Of a stretch of 42,587 nt of DNA, positions 40,835-42,587 are shown piece after piece (positions within the stretch are counted from its first letter, which is position 1; the number at the start of each line of letters is the position of its first letter). The position numbers were made by a program, and so were the translations under genes. Location of the stretch: positions 1 through 42,587 of the forward strand of contig CAYUJP010000001.1 of the NCBI GenBank assembly GCA_964445055.1, in the 5' to 3' direction. The notes under the pieces were generated by a model. The model was not told where the DNA came from. It did not search any database and was given only the letters and a program-made list of their open reading frames with translations. The DNA is from an uncultured Alistipes sp. (GTDB lineage: Bacteria; Bacteroidota; Bacteroidia; Bacteroidales; Rikenellaceae).

Positions 40835-40876
40835 CTAAAAGATAAGACCAATCAATTGATTGGTCTTATCTTTTAG
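40835..40876. terminator. Bidirectional terminator (42-bp perfect palindrome) between sppA and the retron RT
   Basis: CTAAAAGATAAGACCAATCAA|TTGATTGGTCTTATCTTTTAG. Confidence 0.8.
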
Positions 40877-40896
40877 CTCTAATGCTATAGAGATAC

Positions 40897-42387
40897 CTAA
40901 TATTTAAGCAATAATAGTAGCAATACAAAAAGAATAGCAATGAGTAGAAACTTAATAAGTTGGTTTGAAGAACCATTGCTTGGCCTCTCTTCAAGGGCCT
41001 CCTTTTGGGTTGTTTGCTTTGCCTTTTTGGGTTTAGGCGCAACTACGGGTCTTTGGGTTGCGGGGGAGGGCGTACCCGTGCTCAGTGAAAAATCGGAAAT
41101 ACGCTCCTCTACAACCTGTGTTTGAAGGTTGAAATAGTGTATAGATTCGACAGTGTTGTCAAAAAATTCAATGCGTATGGGTTTCTGCTCTCCGAAGAGG
41201 AAAACATCGATAATTCCTCCCCGACAAGCATACGAGCCTTTTGTATAAACCGTATCGCAACGACTATAACCCAAGGTGCGGAGTTGTTCCTTAAGGGTAT
41301 CGATGCTCACTTGCGTTCCAACTTTGATAGGTCTATTCAATAAATTCGTCGTTGTAGAGGAGGTTGTTGCCGAGCCTTTTTTCTGACATAACTTTTCGAA
41401 CGTAGTACGATAACGCTTTGCGATAGGGTCCTCCTTACCACGTATTTGTTCAAGAAAAGCAATCTTTCCGGCTATAAGACTCTTCGCATGTACGCGTCGA
41501 TGTGCACTATGATGATGACGGCTATATCGTAGAGCTACGGCTTTGTATCCATAATGTTCCCAGATAAAGAGAAGTTGTCTCAATTCCAAAACATAACTAC
41601 GCGGTACATTGGCTCTGCGTTCAACAACAATGCCAGTTACTTCCATACGACGTCCGGGCCGAGTGATACGACTCTTTGCGGCGTTGAGTTTAAAGGATGA
41701 TGCTTCAATAAGCTGTTGTAGCTTAGCGCGGAAATCAGACTCCTCCCTGAGTACATCCTCAGATGAGGCACTCAACGAGATATCATCGGCATAACGTGTG
41801 TAAATAATTCCATACTGCGAAGCAAGGGCTTGCACCTCTTCATCGAGTGCCACACATACCAAATTAGAGAGGAAAGGCGACGTGGGTGAACCTTGTGGAA
41901 GCACACGCCCTTTTGCTGTAGTGACGGTACAGATGGATGCAATCAGTTCGGCAACAGACTCCTTTAGATGGAGACGCTCTTGTAATGCTACAACGACCAT
42001 CTGCTCCGTGATGGATGGAAAGAAGTCTTTGATATCTAAGTTAAGTAAGACACTGCGACCGATGTGTTGCACAGCACCACTCAGTATGGAACGAGATTTT
42101 ACGAATCCGCAAACATTAGGCGAGAAGAGATATTCAGAGACAAGGGCTTCATTAAGAATAGCTTGAATACTCTTCAACTGAGGAGCAGGAGCGGATATTT
42201 CTCTCTTACCTCCACGTTTCTTGGGTATATTGTAACAACGATAGCACCCTGTAAGATCGACTGCGTGAGCGAAATGAAGCAGTCGATTCATGCTAATGGC
42301 ACAACAACCTCTCGCTTGTAGCGCCTGATTGATGAAATCGAGTAGTAACTGACTATCTGTTACCTCCTTTATCGACTTGAATGCCAT
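40897..42387 (-). CDS. Retron-type reverse transcriptase fused to an Mfd/UvrB UvrA-interaction domain and a C-terminal transmembrane helix
   Basis: RT motifs: IPKKRGGKREISAP, region X GAVQH (aa104-108), LDIKDFFPSI, LPQGSPTSPFLSN, YADD (aa199-202), region Y VTG (aa250-252). aa~353-436 (LGYSR...GSYACRGGIIDVF...PIRIEFFDNTVESIHYFNLQTQ) resembles the UvrB_inter domain. aa~477-494 is a hydrophobic helix. Confidence 0.9.
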   Translation of the reverse strand: MAFKSIKEVTDSQLLLDFINQALQARGCCAISMNRLLHFAHAVDLTGCYRCYNIPKKRGGKREISAPAPQLKSIQAILNEALVSEYLFSPNVCGFVKSRSILSGAVQHIGRSVLLNLDIKDFFPSITEQMVVVALQERLHLKESVAELIASICTVTTAKGRVLPQGSPTSPFLSNLVCVALDEEVQALASQYGIIYTRYADDISLSASSEDVLREESDFRAKLQQLIEASSFKLNAAKSRITRPGRRMEVTGIVVERRANVPRSYVLELRQLLFIWEHYGYKAVALRYSRHHHSAHRRVHAKSLIAGKIAFLEQIRGKEDPIAKRYRTTFEKLCQKKGSATTSSTTTNLLNRPIKVGTQVSIDTLKEQLRTLGYSRCDTVYTKGSYACRGGIIDVFLFGEQKPIRIEFFDNTVESIHYFNLQTQVVEERISDFSLSTGTPSPATQRPVVAPKPKKAKQTTQKEALEERPSNGSSNQLIKFLLIAILFVLLLLLLKY

Positions 42388-42404
42388 AGTTGGTTAGTAA
42401 AAAA

Positions 42405-42517
42405 GAGGCGAAGGGTTTAGGTTTCACTTATATCGGAATGTATTCCGATAGAAATCAACTTTGTTTTATGTCAAACGAATACGTCGGACTATATCTAAAA
42501 TCGTAACCCTCCGCCTC
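42405..42517 (-). ncRNA. Putative retron msr-msd ncRNA
   Basis: GAGGCGGAGGGUU (42517-42505) pairs with AACCCUUCGCCUC (42417-42405), 13 bp with one G-U. A G follows the 5' repeat (42502), then an msr-like stem-loop and an msd-like hairpin TATCGGAAT/ATTCCGATA (42431-42450). It lies between a promoter and the RT start. Confidence 0.78.
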
Positions 42518-42535
42518 ATATTCAGTTGTACATTG

Positions 42536-42566
42536 CAAATGTAAAAATAAAATAGATAGGATGCAA
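42536..42566 (-). promoter_or_regulatory. Retron promoter (-7 TACATTTG, -33-like TTGC)
   Basis: TACATTTG at 42543-42536 and TTGC at 42566-42563 with a 19-nt spacer. It fires just upstream of the ncRNA 5' repeat. Confidence 0.7.
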
Positions 42567-42587
42567 CTATTTTTCTAACTATTTTAG

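Noticed and set aside
41080-41331. Truncated mfd or uvrB pseudogene
   Set aside because: Only the single domain is present. It is in frame, bounded by linkers, and has no flanking helicase remnants, which fits a fusion better than decay.
40897-42387. RT as a group II intron, DGR or CRISPR-associated RT
   Set aside because: No intron RNA or maturase context, no template/variable repeat pair or Avd, and no cas genes. The region X/VTG motifs and the upstream inverted repeats point to a retron.
1-42587. CRISPR array, IS element, prophage or rRNA
   Set aside because: No regularly spaced repeats, transposase, integrase, phage structural genes or rRNA-like sequence were recognised by eye.

Overview
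This 42.6 kb window comes from a Bacteroidetes chromosome. It looks Alistipes/Rikenellaceae-like, judging by the TAnnTTTG promoters, SusC/SusD pair and S46 peptidase. It appears to span the replication origin. Most of it is housekeeping: tRNA-Thr(CGT), cstA, tdk, rplY, pth, rdgB, pheS, an EnvC-like protein, ybeY, mnmG, ilvE, metG, pgk, nadA, mrp/apbC and sppA. It also holds a peptide-acquisition cluster: an M13 peptidase, a SusC-SusD-Zn-peptidase-DUF4302-BACON operon and a DPP7-type S46 peptidase. A candidate oriC lies in the AT-rich nadA-mrp spacer, with DnaA boxes, DnaA-trio-like repeats and a GC-skew flip. A perfect parS site follows mnmG. The standout is at the right end, a self-contained retron. 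It has its own promoter and a compact ~113-nt msr-msd-like ncRNA closed by 13-bp inverted repeats. Its reverse transcriptase is fused to an Mfd/UvrB-type UvrA-interaction domain and a C-terminal transmembrane anchor, with no separate effector gene. I do not recognise this architecture from described retron types. All domain calls are by motif recognition; no database search was run.
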